A DNA stretch of 64,000 nucleotides from Escherichia coli (GCF_013122565.1 NZ_CP053258.1); one strand, 5' to 3'. Shown: positions 12,996-22,800, numbered from the stretch's first letter. A program made the numbers and translations. Notes: generated by a model not told the origin, from the sequence alone.

Positions 12996-13364
12996 TTACT
13001 TTTTCGTTTCGGGCGTCGGATAAACAGCCATATAAACGTAACCTCGACTGCCGAGGGTATCGGCTTTGCAGGTCAGCCCTTTTGCATACAGCGTGACGGT
13101 ATGCTGATGGCGGGGATTCAGCTCACCGCTGGTGAGCATGAGTTCCAGTTGTTTCATCAGTAGCGGAAAGGCCTGGTCCAGATGGTACGCATCCGCGTCG
13201 CTGAACCGGCCTCTGATACCGGCGCGGTCGGCAAGGTAATGCAACCGGTTACTCTCCTGCACCAGACGTGCCCCGAAACAGGGCGTCACGGTGCAGGGCA
13301 GCCCCCACCAGGGGTGGCTGTTGTTGTCATCGGGATGAGTTGTCCCGGAGAGTGTGTCTGACAC
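12996..13364 (-). CDS. CbeA/YeeU-family antitoxin
   Basis: 122 aa. ...WWGLPCTVTPCFGARLVQE...YLADRAG... is typical of YeeU/YafW/YfjZ. Lies directly upstream of the toxin. Confidence 0.9.
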   Translation of the reverse strand: MSDTLSGTTHPDDNNSHPWWGLPCTVTPCFGARLVQESNRLHYLADRAGIRGRFSDADAYHLDQAFPLLMKQLELMLTSGELNPRHQHTVTLYAKGLTCKADTLGSRGYVYMAVYPTPETKK

Positions 13365-13384
13365 GATAAAATCCTCACAAATAA

Positions 13385-13666
13385 TCAGTTAAGAATGGTC
13401 CGGTAGCGGCGATAATTCTGTTCATCAGAATGCCAGTCCTGATTCAGTACAGGGTGACGCTCATCAGCCGGACATACGGGCCAAAAACTGTCCTTACGGC
13501 GTTCAGCAAACACGGCCAGCACACCGGGAATATCCTGTACTTCACTACCGGTATACGTCTCAGCACTGCCGTGCCAGCGGTACTTACCGGTGCAGAACGG
13601 AAAAAGACGGGATGCAGGATGCTGTTGGTGAATACGCATGGCTTCACCACGGGTGATAATTTTCAT
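13385..13666 (-). pseudogene. YeeT/YkfH-like (DUF987) gene with a frameshifted C-terminus
   Basis: The N-terminal ~60 aa match YeeT. The expected tail FGPYVRLMSVTL is found in the overlapping frame (ORF 13444..13650), so a 1-nt indel lies near codon 60. Confidence 0.65.
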
Positions 13667-13728
13667 AATGGGATACCTCTGAAGACAGAAGATAAAAGTG
13701 AAAACAGGTGTGATGTGGTTGTGACGGG

Positions 13729-14205
13729 TTAAAGCAGACCATGTTCGGCAAAGGAGAAAACCTGGCTGCCACCGACTATCAGATGGTCCGGCACCCGGAT
13801 ATCAACCAGGGCCAGTGCCTGAACCAGACGTTCAGTAATAAGCCGGTCAGCCTTACTGGGTGTGACTTCACCGGACGGGTGATTGTGCGCCAGTATCACG
13901 GCAGCGGCATTGTGGCACAGGGCGCGTTTAATGACCTCCCGAGGATGAACTTCCGTACGGTTGATGGTGCCGGTGAAGAGGGTTTCACCGGCAATCAGCT
14001 GATTCTGGTTGTTCAGATACAGCACCCGGAACTCTTCCCGCTCCAGTCCCGCCATGTTCAGAATCAGCCATTCCCGTGCCGCACGGGTGGAGGTGAAGGC
14101 CACTCCGGGTTCATGAAGATGGCGGTCCAGGGTTTTCAGGGCCCGCAGAATGAGGCTGCGCTCGCCGGGCGTCATCTCTCCAGGCAGAAAGGAAAGTTGC
14201 TGCAT
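13729..14205 (-). CDS. RadC-like JAB-domain protein (YeeS/YkfG/YfjY family)
   Basis: Contains HNHPSGEVTPSKAD (JAMM-like). Start taken at MQQLSFLPGEM. Confidence 0.85.
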   Translation of the reverse strand: MQQLSFLPGEMTPGERSLILRALKTLDRHLHEPGVAFTSTRAAREWLILNMAGLEREEFRVLYLNNQNQLIAGETLFTGTINRTEVHPREVIKRALCHNAAAVILAHNHPSGEVTPSKADRLITERLVQALALVDIRVPDHLIVGGSQVFSFAEHGLL

Positions 14206-14220
14206 TGTCCCTGCCTCCAT

Positions 14221-14700
14221 TCAGTCGATGATGCGCATAATGGCGCTGCATTCCGGATGCTGCAGGGCGTAATCCCGCAGCCGGTAATAATGGACCGTCA
14301 TGGCATAACACTCCGTACGACAGGCGTGATGACTGTACGTCATCAGACAGGCGGCAATGCCGGCGGCTTCCGGGCTCATTTCAGCGCGGTTACCGTTCAT
14401 GGCATTGAACAGTACCCATGTTTCGTCATCATCGTCATCCGGTTCGGGTGCCATAAATGCCCCACCGTTGTTCAGGGTGTACAGATTCCAGATACCACCG
14501 CAGTAGTCTTCACACAGACGGTCCATCCAGCCGAAGACACGGGGCTCCAGGGTCACCCATTGTGGAATGAGGCCAAAATACTGCGGCCAGAAGCTGATGC
14601 GCTGTTCATCAGGGATGAGGGTGGCAACAAGTCGGGACTGGTCATTCTCTGGTGCTGTGGTTGAAGAAAGAGCAGTTGTGTTCTGAGAAGCGATTTTCAT
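14221..14700 (-). CDS. Antirestriction protein (YafX/YfjX, ArdB/KlcA-like)
   Basis: Start at MKIASQNTT gives 159 aa. Acidic DDDDDE patch. Position between DUF932 and radC as in CP4 islands. Confidence 0.75.
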   Translation of the reverse strand: MKIASQNTTALSSTTAPENDQSRLVATLIPDEQRISFWPQYFGLIPQWVTLEPRVFGWMDRLCEDYCGGIWNLYTLNNGGAFMAPEPDDDDDETWVLFNAMNGNRAEMSPEAAGIAACLMTYSHHACRTECYAMTVHYYRLRDYALQHPECSAIMRIID

Positions 14701-14793
14701 GAGTGAAATCCTTACAATGTGTATAAATGAGAGGAAATAAAGGCCGGGGGCTGACAACATCACGTTCATCACTGACCGTGAGACCCGGTAATA

Positions 14794-15039
14794 TCAGGGA
14801 TGAATGATATTCGGCTGAAATTCCGGACAGCCGTACGCGTAATCGTTCCGGTCACAGACGGATGGCCAGATGCCATTGCCTGTACTCAGTCTGCACAGAC
14901 TGAGTTCTCCGGGACGGTAAAGCAGACGGGTACACCAGGCGCACAGGTCATCATCAGAAATGGAACGACACCCCGGCAGCGCCTCCGGGGCGTCGGGTGA
15001 TTCTGGTACCTGAATCACGCCTTCAGGGACAGGCTGCAT
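14794..15039 (-). CDS. Small Cys-rich island protein
   Basis: 81 aa with six Cys. Its ATG overlaps the upstream DUF932 stop (ATGA). The ORF-track start at 15078 lies inside that gene. Confidence 0.5.
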   Translation of the reverse strand: MQPVPEGVIQVPESPDAPEALPGCRSISDDDLCAWCTRLLYRPGELSLCRLSTGNGIWPSVCDRNDYAYGCPEFQPNIIHP

Positions 15040-15857
15040 CAGCGCAGGCTCTCCAGCAGCGTTTCTGCCATCACCCACAACGCCCGGTTGAGCTTAATAT
15101 CGGTGTCGATGCTGTGAATGGCACGGGTGTGGATACGTTTTCCTCTGGCACTGCGACCGGAAATCCCGCCTTTCAGCATATTCTCCTGGATGGTCTGATA
15201 AGCACTCCACAGGTCCATACCGTAATCCTCCCTGCGTCGTGGCGTCAGAATGTCGGCGGTGGTGACGGGCTGATGTTCGTCACCATAACGGTAAGTCAGT
15301 GCCGCCTGTGCCAGCGCCTGGCGTGCCGGTGGCGGCAGGACCAGCGACTGCATGGCATCACGCTTCTCCTCTATCCGGTCAAACACGCCCACCACCTCGT
15401 AAGCCCCTTCAATGACTCTGTCCACCACATTTCCCCGGTGCGGAACACGCACTTCCCCCAGAGACTGACCACAGACGCACCCGTTCTGACACACAAATCT
15501 GAAGTAACCCGGCAGCATCTGGTAGCTGGAGGTACCGTCATGGGAGTTCAGCAGGATGATTTCAGGGACATGCTGTCCGTTTATCTCCCCGTCACGGCGC
15601 AGACGCAGCATGTGTTTGGTGTATCCCCGGCGGCCCGAGTCGCGCACTCGGGTCTGGCAGGCGAAAAAGGGCTGAAAACCTTCCCGCTGCAGGCTTTCCA
15701 GCACGATGATGGTGGGGATGTACGCGTAGTTTTCGCTTCTGGAGGTGTGTTTGTCTTCCCCGAATACGCTGGGGACGACCTGCATTAATTCTTCTTGGGT
15801 CAGTGGGCGGTCCCGGCGTATCTGATTAATCCGTCCGAAGCGACTGGCTAATCGCAT
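15039..15857 (-). CDS. DUF932 protein (YfjQ/YafZ family)
   Basis: Start at MRLASRFGRINQIRRDRPLT, preceded by aaggag. 272 aa, matching recalled YfjQ/YafZ. Confidence 0.8.
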   Translation of the reverse strand: MRLASRFGRINQIRRDRPLTQEELMQVVPSVFGEDKHTSRSENYAYIPTIIVLESLQREGFQPFFACQTRVRDSGRRGYTKHMLRLRRDGEINGQHVPEIILLNSHDGTSSYQMLPGYFRFVCQNGCVCGQSLGEVRVPHRGNVVDRVIEGAYEVVGVFDRIEEKRDAMQSLVLPPPARQALAQAALTYRYGDEHQPVTTADILTPRRREDYGMDLWSAYQTIQENMLKGGISGRSARGKRIHTRAIHSIDTDIKLNRALWVMAETLLESLR

Positions 15858-15946
15858 AAATAACTCCTTATCTGATAATGAAATAAAAGCAAAAAGGCCA
15901 TGTCCCCGGAGGAACATGGCCTGATGGAATATGTTATAGCTGATAA

Positions 15947-16885
15947 TTAATGTTGCTGATTTTTCTCTTTAACTTTTGACCATGAGGGGCGTCGGTTACC
16001 GGAAAATTCCTTCTGCATTGACCAGTAACCAATCGGGAACTGCTTCACCATCACCCCGTTGATACCAATATCGACGGACAGATACTGGCCGTTGTTGATG
16101 CTGCCCTTGCGGATATACGCATCCGCGCTGCAGGTACCGGTATCGTACTGCTGCCATGTTGCGGTATCGCGGGCAGCAACATAAAAATCACCGAAAGCAC
16201 AGCCCGTCGCTGATTTGCGGTTCAGTATGGCAACGTAGTACTTAGTGTTGGCGATAATGGCGCAAGTGCTGCTCTGGCCGCCGCAGACCTGCCATAACGT
16301 TTTGCCACTGTCCCCCTTAAAGGTCCAGACAGTATTTGCCGGTGCGTCGTTTGCAGGTGTTACAGGCATTGCCGGTGGCTGCTGCACTGATGTAGCGTTG
16401 GGTACATCGCGGCGTAATATTTGTGCTTCTGCATCCCCGACATCGCCAAACATGTTTTCCTCTCCGCTGTTGTAATAAAAACCGGCAATAACATGCTCTG
16501 AGGGGATATACAGTATTTTAAGATAATGGTCACCGCAATTACCCCGCTCACAGACAGCCCCCAACAGCCACTTCTCGCCACCTACATCCACCGGTATTAA
16601 ACCACTGTCCGGGCCGTTCATTGCACCCTGCCTCCCTGTTAACCCGGAAAGTCCTGCTGACTTTAGCGCATCATCAAGGTCTTTCTTAAATACCGGATCC
16701 GCATCGTAAATGTTGCCCAGAAGAGGGCAAGAACCGTATCCGTTTTCATAATCACCTGCGTCAGGATCACAGCGCATTGCATCTGCTGCCGTTTTTGCAA
16801 CACCGGCGGCGTAAACTCCGGCGGAAATCAAACAAAGCGACGATATCAGCATTACCTGATTAAATGTACGTAAAACAAGAGACAT
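15947..16885 (-). CDS. Secreted protein with an Ivy-like (lysozyme-inhibitor family) N-terminal region
   Basis: 312 aa with signal peptide. VDVGGEKWLLGAVCERGNCGDHYLKILY resembles E. coli Ivy TLGDETYQVMSACKPHDCGSQRIAVMW. The C-terminal half is unassigned. Confidence 0.4.
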   Translation of the reverse strand: MSLVLRTFNQVMLISSLCLISAGVYAAGVAKTAADAMRCDPDAGDYENGYGSCPLLGNIYDADPVFKKDLDDALKSAGLSGLTGRQGAMNGPDSGLIPVDVGGEKWLLGAVCERGNCGDHYLKILYIPSEHVIAGFYYNSGEENMFGDVGDAEAQILRRDVPNATSVQQPPAMPVTPANDAPANTVWTFKGDSGKTLWQVCGGQSSTCAIIANTKYYVAILNRKSATGCAFGDFYVAARDTATWQQYDTGTCSADAYIRKGSINNGQYLSVDIGINGVMVKQFPIGYWSMQKEFSGNRRPSWSKVKEKNQQH

Positions 16886-16950
16886 GATTACTTTTATTCC
16901 ATCCTGTTTATATAAAAGAAACGGGCTCGGTTAAGAGCCCTGTAAAAGAT

Positions 16951-17361
16951 TTAAAAGTCAATGGTATTAAGACCGACATTCTTTTTGATGGAGGGGTCGT
17001 AAATAACAACGGTAAGATGGTCTTTGTCGGAAGAACGGACAAACTTAGCGGTGGCCTCACCACTGCATGTTGCATGACGGTTATAATCCATCATTTTACC
17101 TTTGCTGGTAGCAAGATTGACAACGATGATATAAGGATCATAACAGGCCGAACCTCCCGGACTGCTCAGCAAGGCATATTTGCCATCATCAGAGACACCA
17201 ATGAGGCTGCATATCCCGTCTTTTACATCCTCACTTCCGCACATCAGCTCACTTCCATCTTTCACACCAATTATAGTACGGGGTAATTTAACCTCTGTGG
17301 CATTAACTGATGCACTCAACAACAAACCTGAAACCATTAATGGAAATATGAATGCTTTCAT
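16951..17361 (-). CDS. Small secreted protein, unknown function
   Basis: 136 aa with signal peptide (LLLSASVNA-TEV) and 5 Cys. Same strand as flanking island genes. Confidence 0.5.
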   Translation of the reverse strand: MKAFIFPLMVSGLLLSASVNATEVKLPRTIIGVKDGSELMCGSEDVKDGICSLIGVSDDGKYALLSSPGGSACYDPYIIVVNLATSKGKMMDYNRHATCSGEATAKFVRSSDKDHLTVVIYDPSIKKNVGLNTIDF

Positions 17362-17466
17362 ATATTCATCCTGTTTATTTTTTTGAATGAAAATGATTGT
17401 GTGGTGGAAAGGCTGCCGCCCTGTATCTAAACGCCAGACAGGGCCTGCACAGACCCTGTGGCATAA

Positions 17467-17682
17467 TCAGAGCTCGGCCCGGCCACGTAAAACCTTGCGT
17501 GCCAGCCGCTTCTCCGTTTCCGTTGCGCTGCTGAACATACCGTTGTCGCTGATTATCCTTCTCAGCTCTGCGCTACTCCTGCTCTCCAGCCGGTCATGAA
17601 TCGCTCTTACCTCCTGGGCACTGTACAGAGCGTCTTTTGCAACTTCTTTAGCCAGTTTTCCTGCGGTATCCCAGAATCCCAT
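17467..17682 (-). CDS. Small helical protein, unknown function
   Basis: 71-aa ORF beginning 12 nt after the stop of the upstream zinc-ribbon ORF. No homolog recognised. Confidence 0.4.
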   Translation of the reverse strand: MGFWDTAGKLAKEVAKDALYSAQEVRAIHDRLESRSSAELRRIISDNGMFSSATETEKRLARKVLRGRAEL

Positions 17683-17694
17683 CTTATTTCCCCT

Positions 17695-17841
17695 TTACAG
17701 GTAACCGTTATCTTTGCCCCACTCACACCCGCAGTCCCTGCACATCCAGCCATCGGACCAAGGAATAGTGTCGTAAGAGCCACAGTCCGGGCAGCGTTTG
17801 CCGGAAGTCGGGTTACCGGGGATGATACGTCTGATTTTCAT
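17695..17841 (-). CDS. 48-aa zinc-ribbon protein, absent from the ORF track (below 60 aa)
   Basis: Hand translation: MKIRRIIPGNPTSGKRCPDCGSYDTIPWSDGWMCRDCGCEWGKDNGYL. Two CxxC pairs. The ATG lies 3 nt after the stop of the YfjR-like gene. Confidence 0.55.
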   Translation of the reverse strand: MKIRRIIPGNPTSGKRCPDCGSYDTIPWSDGWMCRDCGCEWGKDNGYL

Positions 17842-17844
17842 ATG

Positions 17845-18552
17845 TTATCCTTCTGTTGCGGGTTGATGTGGTTCAGGGACGAAGCCGGAAAGCACTTCGC
17901 CAATGAACCGGAAATGAGGTAATGCCTGTAAAAAATCCGGACGGGACAAGATGTCACGCACGGTGGTGTCGGGGGTAAAAATGTCGGGATGAAGTGTGAC
18001 GCCCCGGATATCAGCCAGTGGCAATGCGATGATGCGTGTCTGACGTGCCCCTGTCAGATACCAACTACCGGCATGAAGAACCAGGCGGTAGGGTGAGATA
18101 TCCGTATGGTTGCATCCGTTGCCGCGCAGTGTCACTTTCCGGCATTCCTGGACAGCATTTACCAGCCGGATAAAGACCTCACTGTCGGTGACGGGCTGTG
18201 CAGAATCCCCCTGCCAGATAAGGCAGGGGGATTCACCCGCCCCCCCCAAAAGTGAGCTGACCAGATGTCCGTCAAGTCCCGGAAACAGGGACTTAACGCC
18301 CGACTTACGGGCAAAAGTCATCACCGCCAGCTCTCGCTGACGGCTGCCGGACAGCAGACGGTACTGGCCCTGTCGATACTCCAGGTCTAGGTACATCAGT
18401 CGTTCACGAAAGTCCCGACGCAGGGTGCGAACTGACACATCAAACTCAGCTGCCAGTTTGCGTATATCCAGCGTTTCACCTGCCACCAGACGACTTATAA
18501 TTATCGACAGTCTGACGGCAAGCCGGTCATGGCGACGCTCAGCCTGAGTCAT
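17845..18552 (-). CDS. YfjR-like HTH (DeoR-N) / WYL-type transcriptional regulator
   Basis: 235 aa. The N-terminal HTH is RLSIIISRLVAGETLDIRKLAAEFDVSVRTLRRDF. Length and position resemble K-12 YfjR. Confidence 0.7.
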   Translation of the reverse strand: MTQAERRHDRLAVRLSIIISRLVAGETLDIRKLAAEFDVSVRTLRRDFRERLMYLDLEYRQGQYRLLSGSRQRELAVMTFARKSGVKSLFPGLDGHLVSSLLGGAGESPCLIWQGDSAQPVTDSEVFIRLVNAVQECRKVTLRGNGCNHTDISPYRLVLHAGSWYLTGARQTRIIALPLADIRGVTLHPDIFTPDTTVRDILSRPDFLQALPHFRFIGEVLSGFVPEPHQPATEG

Positions 18553-18766
18553 AAGGCTTCGTTCTCCGGTAAGCTAATTCAATGAAAAGATGAGGGTAAT
18601 ATTAACGAGGACGAGAGGCAGGGTATGGACATAGAAAGACGATTTTTAAAAATGCTCAGTGTCAGGAATGGCGGGGGCCACGGAGGGACGTAGCTCTTTT
18701 CTCTCTGAGTATAGGTCTGCAAACGGACAGGATGCGTCCGCACGTTAGCAAAATACCTTCTCAGTA

Positions 18767-19642
18767 TCAGAAGAAAATCCAGTCCCAGATGGTCCGCGCA
18801 ACTGACACCACTACATCACGCACGGTACGTAGCACCACTTTCAGTGTTGTCGGCAGGAACGACGATAATTCTACCCGATCCATGACCTGCCCCACCGCTT
18901 CACCAAAGCCATGACGGGCCTGCGACCGGACCTGTTCGGTACAGAGCCTCCCATGTAACTGCGTCGCCACCGGACTGGTGGCCCTGTCCGGCAGACAACG
19001 CATCATGGTTGACACCATCTCTTCAATGCCCCAGTCGAACAACGCTGACACCACGCAGACTGGATGACGGGGAGTGAACATCGTGGTAATGACGGCCTGC
19101 TTCGCCTTCAGGTTAGTCTGCTGCTGTGGCGAGGGGGTAGCGGTACGGATATCCCATTCGTGGCAGGGTTCGATTTTGTCGGCCTGGTTCAGCACAAACA
19201 GCACCTGGTGCTGGTAAGGTTGCATCACCCCATGCCAGAACTGCTCGTCCACTGACAGCGCCCGGTCGTCGGCTTTAATGACCCACAGCACCAGGTCCAG
19301 CCCCGGCAGCATACGCCGGTACAGGGCACGGTATTCATGGTCCTGTTGCCCGTTTTCGCCCACGCCCGGCAAATCAACAATCACCAGACTGTGACGCCCG
19401 CTGCGCAGCCGGAAGCGCAGCACCTCACGAGTACAGGCGTTCACATCACTGACGGGGGAGACTTCCCCCCGGAATAGTTCATTACAGAGCGAGGATTTGC
19501 CGACCCCAGTCTTGCCCATGATGCCTATCATCGGCTCGTAGTGGGTGAGGTTCTGAATACGTTCAAAAATTAGCTGGCGAAGCGTATCGGGAAGCGCCGA
19601 CAGCGGTTGTTCAAGGGCCTTAAGGCCGTGAGGTTTAGTCAT
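18767..19642 (-). CDS. YeeP/YkfA/YfjP-family GTPase
   Basis: G1 GKTGVGKSS and G3 DLPGVGE motifs. Start at MTKPHGLKAL gives 291 aa. Confidence 0.85.
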   Translation of the reverse strand: MTKPHGLKALEQPLSALPDTLRQLIFERIQNLTHYEPMIGIMGKTGVGKSSLCNELFRGEVSPVSDVNACTREVLRFRLRSGRHSLVIVDLPGVGENGQQDHEYRALYRRMLPGLDLVLWVIKADDRALSVDEQFWHGVMQPYQHQVLFVLNQADKIEPCHEWDIRTATPSPQQQTNLKAKQAVITTMFTPRHPVCVVSALFDWGIEEMVSTMMRCLPDRATSPVATQLHGRLCTEQVRSQARHGFGEAVGQVMDRVELSSFLPTTLKVVLRTVRDVVVSVARTIWDWIFF

Positions 19643-19711
19643 AAAGAGGTCTCTGCGTGTAAAACATAAAACCCGCACTCCGGTCAGTGAGGCGGGGATT
19701 CACGGAGATAA

Positions 19712-19882
<171 letters not shown>

Positions 19883-20167
19883 TAAACGATATTCTCGTCT
19901 TCAAATTACTGATATCAGTTGTTCATCATTACGGCATGCGTCATCACATACATTCAACAGGAGGCAGCCCATCATTGAAAACATCATTCAATATATTTAA
20001 TTAAATCAGGACAACTGATAAATCTAATTTAACAACAAAACAGAATGATGAAGTAAAGATATATAACACAATATTTCAGAGATCAACTCAATTATTCTCA
20101 TCTTCAAACTAGCTGGCTCCTACAAAATCACTCAAAGATAGCAGGATACCTGCCCTTTCTTCTAAGG

Positions 20168-20656
20168 TTAGTTGTTTTTGACACAAATAAATGAAGGAAG
20201 TGTTTCGCCACCAAAAATGAAAGTGTTATTATGTTTACTGACCACGATCCTGTCGCTATCAAAATTAATAACATTGACTACATACCCTGCAAATTCAAAC
20301 GCAGGAACGTTATCACCTGGATGAGCAATAGTTTTCACTTCACTAATATAAAAAGTATTCTTTTTGAAATCCATCACATCAAAGGTTATATCACGGTTAA
20401 CGCGATAGTGGTTGACACCAGAGGTCGATGATTTGGTCGTAACAGAACCAAAAACCCTGATTATACCTACACTATCTGATTGAATATCCATTGATAATGT
20501 TCCAGAAAAGAAATCATCAGGGTTTTCCAGCTTATTAGTCAACAAGGCTCCAACACAATCAATTTTTATGTTTTCATTGATAATTAAAATCGCATAAAAT
20601 AAAAAAGAAGATGGCAAAATAAAAAACACGAGCAACCAAAAATATTTATTATTCAT
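20168..20656 (-). CDS. Bitopic membrane protein, ToxS-like partner of the upstream regulator
   Basis: 162 aa with an N-terminal TM (YFWLLVFFILPSSFLFYAILII). Overlaps the upstream gene by 8 nt. AT-rich. Confidence 0.55.
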   Translation of the reverse strand: MNNKYFWLLVFFILPSSFLFYAILIINENIKIDCVGALLTNKLENPDDFFSGTLSMDIQSDSVGIIRVFGSVTTKSSTSGVNHYRVNRDITFDVMDFKKNTFYISEVKTIAHPGDNVPAFEFAGYVVNVINFDSDRIVVSKHNNTFIFGGETLPSFICVKNN

Positions 20657-21521
20657 AATAGTAGATACTCTTACACTCTGATAAATTTACTGTATCATTG
20701 ATTTCAAAAAAGCAACGACTTATAAAAACCCTACCTTTACCATCAAATACGAGGCTCTCATCCTGCTGTGTAACATAAAACCCTCCTTTTATACATGGTA
20801 TATACTTTTCTGCTATACTTCTTGAAATTTCCTGCCGCGCAGAGTGTACACTTGGATTTTTACGATTAAATACATAAATTGGACAAGAGTCGATCATTCC
20901 TGTTTTATATATTTTTTCTTGTTTAACTTTATTATCATTCAAAGCATAAAAATAACAATACGAAAAGCTAATTATTAAAACCAAGAAAAAAAGCATGAAA
21001 TGATACTTACCACTTATAAAACGTTTTTTTTGTTTAGTTTCTGTGGTTAGATTTACGATCGATTCTGGAGAATATACTTCCATTTGTAAATCCTCCGACA
21101 ACTTATTTATCTCACTATCAACTTCAACTGGACAAAGTTCTTTAGGAACACTATCGCTAGTTTCAATTAAATCTATTTCAATAATCTCTGGAATAAGAAA
21201 ACCAGATTTTGGAACTGTTACAATAATATCCCCAGGAACGCCAAGTAGTTTAAAGTTCTTTCTAAGCAAAGATACATACTGTGCCAATGTATTGTTAGAG
21301 ATATTATAGCCATATTTATCCCAGACATAATTCAATATTTCATCCCGAGAGATTATTGTACCATGGTACTTTATAAACAACGCTAACAACCTCGCTGCAG
21401 TGGCTGGAAGCAATATTTCATCATGCGTTTCGACATTAGATACAGAATATCTTATCTCATCATACATAATCTGTCCATTGATTATATGGCTCATATTTTT
21501 CTCATATTTATTTATTTTCAT
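20649..21521 (-). CDS. ToxR/CadC-like membrane-anchored winged-helix regulator
   Basis: OmpR/PhoB-type DNA-binding region (LLALFIKYHGTIISRDEILNYVWDKYGYNISNNTLAQYVSLLRKNF), then a TM (FMLFFLVLIISFSYCYFYAL) and a periplasmic domain. Reminiscent of K-12 yqeI-yqeJ (from recall). Confidence 0.7.
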   Translation of the reverse strand: MKINKYEKNMSHIINGQIMYDEIRYSVSNVETHDEILLPATAARLLALFIKYHGTIISRDEILNYVWDKYGYNISNNTLAQYVSLLRKNFKLLGVPGDIIVTVPKSGFLIPEIIEIDLIETSDSVPKELCPVEVDSEINKLSEDLQMEVYSPESIVNLTTETKQKKRFISGKYHFMLFFLVLIISFSYCYFYALNDNKVKQEKIYKTGMIDSCPIYVFNRKNPSVHSARQEISRSIAEKYIPCIKGGFYVTQQDESLVFDGKGRVFISRCFFEINDTVNLSECKSIYYYE

Positions 21522-21779
21522 TTAGATATTACACAGATAAACAAGAATGCAACAATATCACAACGACCCCATAATGCACGAGACAGTTTAGCTTTTAAAC
21601 ATATAACACATAAAGAAGTATGTCCGCAACTGAGAATAATACAAAAAAATTCCAAAGCCATTATCCCCTCAAAATCGCCAACTTATATATTTTTTAAGTA
21701 TCGCCTTAGTATCGTCCTAGCAAAACCTAAAATTCCTGAGGGGATAGTGTACACCAAATATTGTGTCCACTATCCATGA

Positions 21780-22800
21780 AATCATTAATCGCAGTGCGTA
21801 AAAAGCCCTTATTTTCCCGTTGAGTTCATAATCAAAATGGTTGTACTCTCGTATCGGCCAGAAACCACCGTAGCGAAACTTACTCGTGAGCATGGGATCA
21901 ACAATAATCTACTGTTCAGGTGATACCAGTACTGCTACAAAGGAAAACTACGCCTCCTTCAGCAATAGAAAACAACGTGGCAGCACAGCTCCCCATAACA
22001 CTTAATGCCGAATAGCTTGTCCCTACAACATTCTCCTGGTCACAACTTGTAGCTGCTGAGGCGCCCAAATCACTCAATATCAGCTGTAAAGCGACATTCC
22101 GGCACCGATCACTCCGGCTAAATGGTTCCGTCAGGGACAAAGATCTAGCAGGTCGCTGGCATCACCGATATGAGAAACGGCTTCAACACTGTTCTGCAGG
22201 TGGATATGTACGCCGTGTTCAACGAGCTGTACCACGATGGGCAGATAACGGAAACAGCCTGCTGGGCTCACGTCGTCGCAAGCTCCACGATGCGCACATT
22301 CGCACTCCGTCTGCGTTGACGGAGGAATCCCTGAAACAGATCGGCGAGTTGTATGCCATTGAGGCGGAAATAAAGGAGGATGCCGACAAAACTAAACCGT
22401 GCAGAACGTTAGCAAAAAGCTAAAGTGCGACTGATATCCCTAGCAAGAAGCTGGCTGAGTAAAAAGATGAAAACGTTATCGCGGCTGGCGAAAGTGTTCA
22501 CGTATTTACTGAATCAGCAGCCGGCGCAGGCTAACAATACTGAAGGTGAAAGATCCGAAGCAAATAACAACATTGCTGATAATGGCCAGTCTAGACCACA
22601 AAAACTAACTATTCTTCAGTTCGGAGCACGGGGAAAGCGATGAGCTCTGCTGTACAGTCTCATCAGGGCGATCAAACTGAACGATATTAATCAACGGCGC
22701 AACCTGAGTTATGTGCTTGACGTAATCGCCGACTATCTTATACACCGGGTCACTAAACTACTCCCCTAGCGCATAGCACTGCCAACTGATTAACATATCT
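21780..22800 (+). pseudogene. IS66-family remnant (tnpA fragment plus degenerate 3' half of tnpC)
   Basis: Reads ...LTREHGINNNLLF (tnpA-like), then LQVDMYAVFNELYHDGQITETACWAHV...RTPSALTEESLKQIGELYAIEAEIK (tnpC motifs), broken by many stops. Confidence 0.6.

Noticed and set aside
13741-14664. 307-aa plus-strand ORF spanning the radC and antirestriction genes
   Set aside because: It is antisense to two genes with clear family motifs on the minus strand. Its translation is low-complexity and Gly/Arg/His-rich, typical of an open antisense frame in GC-rich coding DNA.
14997-15788. 263-aa plus-strand ORF
   Set aside because: It is antisense to the well-supported DUF932 (YfjQ-like) gene. It has no motif and no ribosome-binding site.
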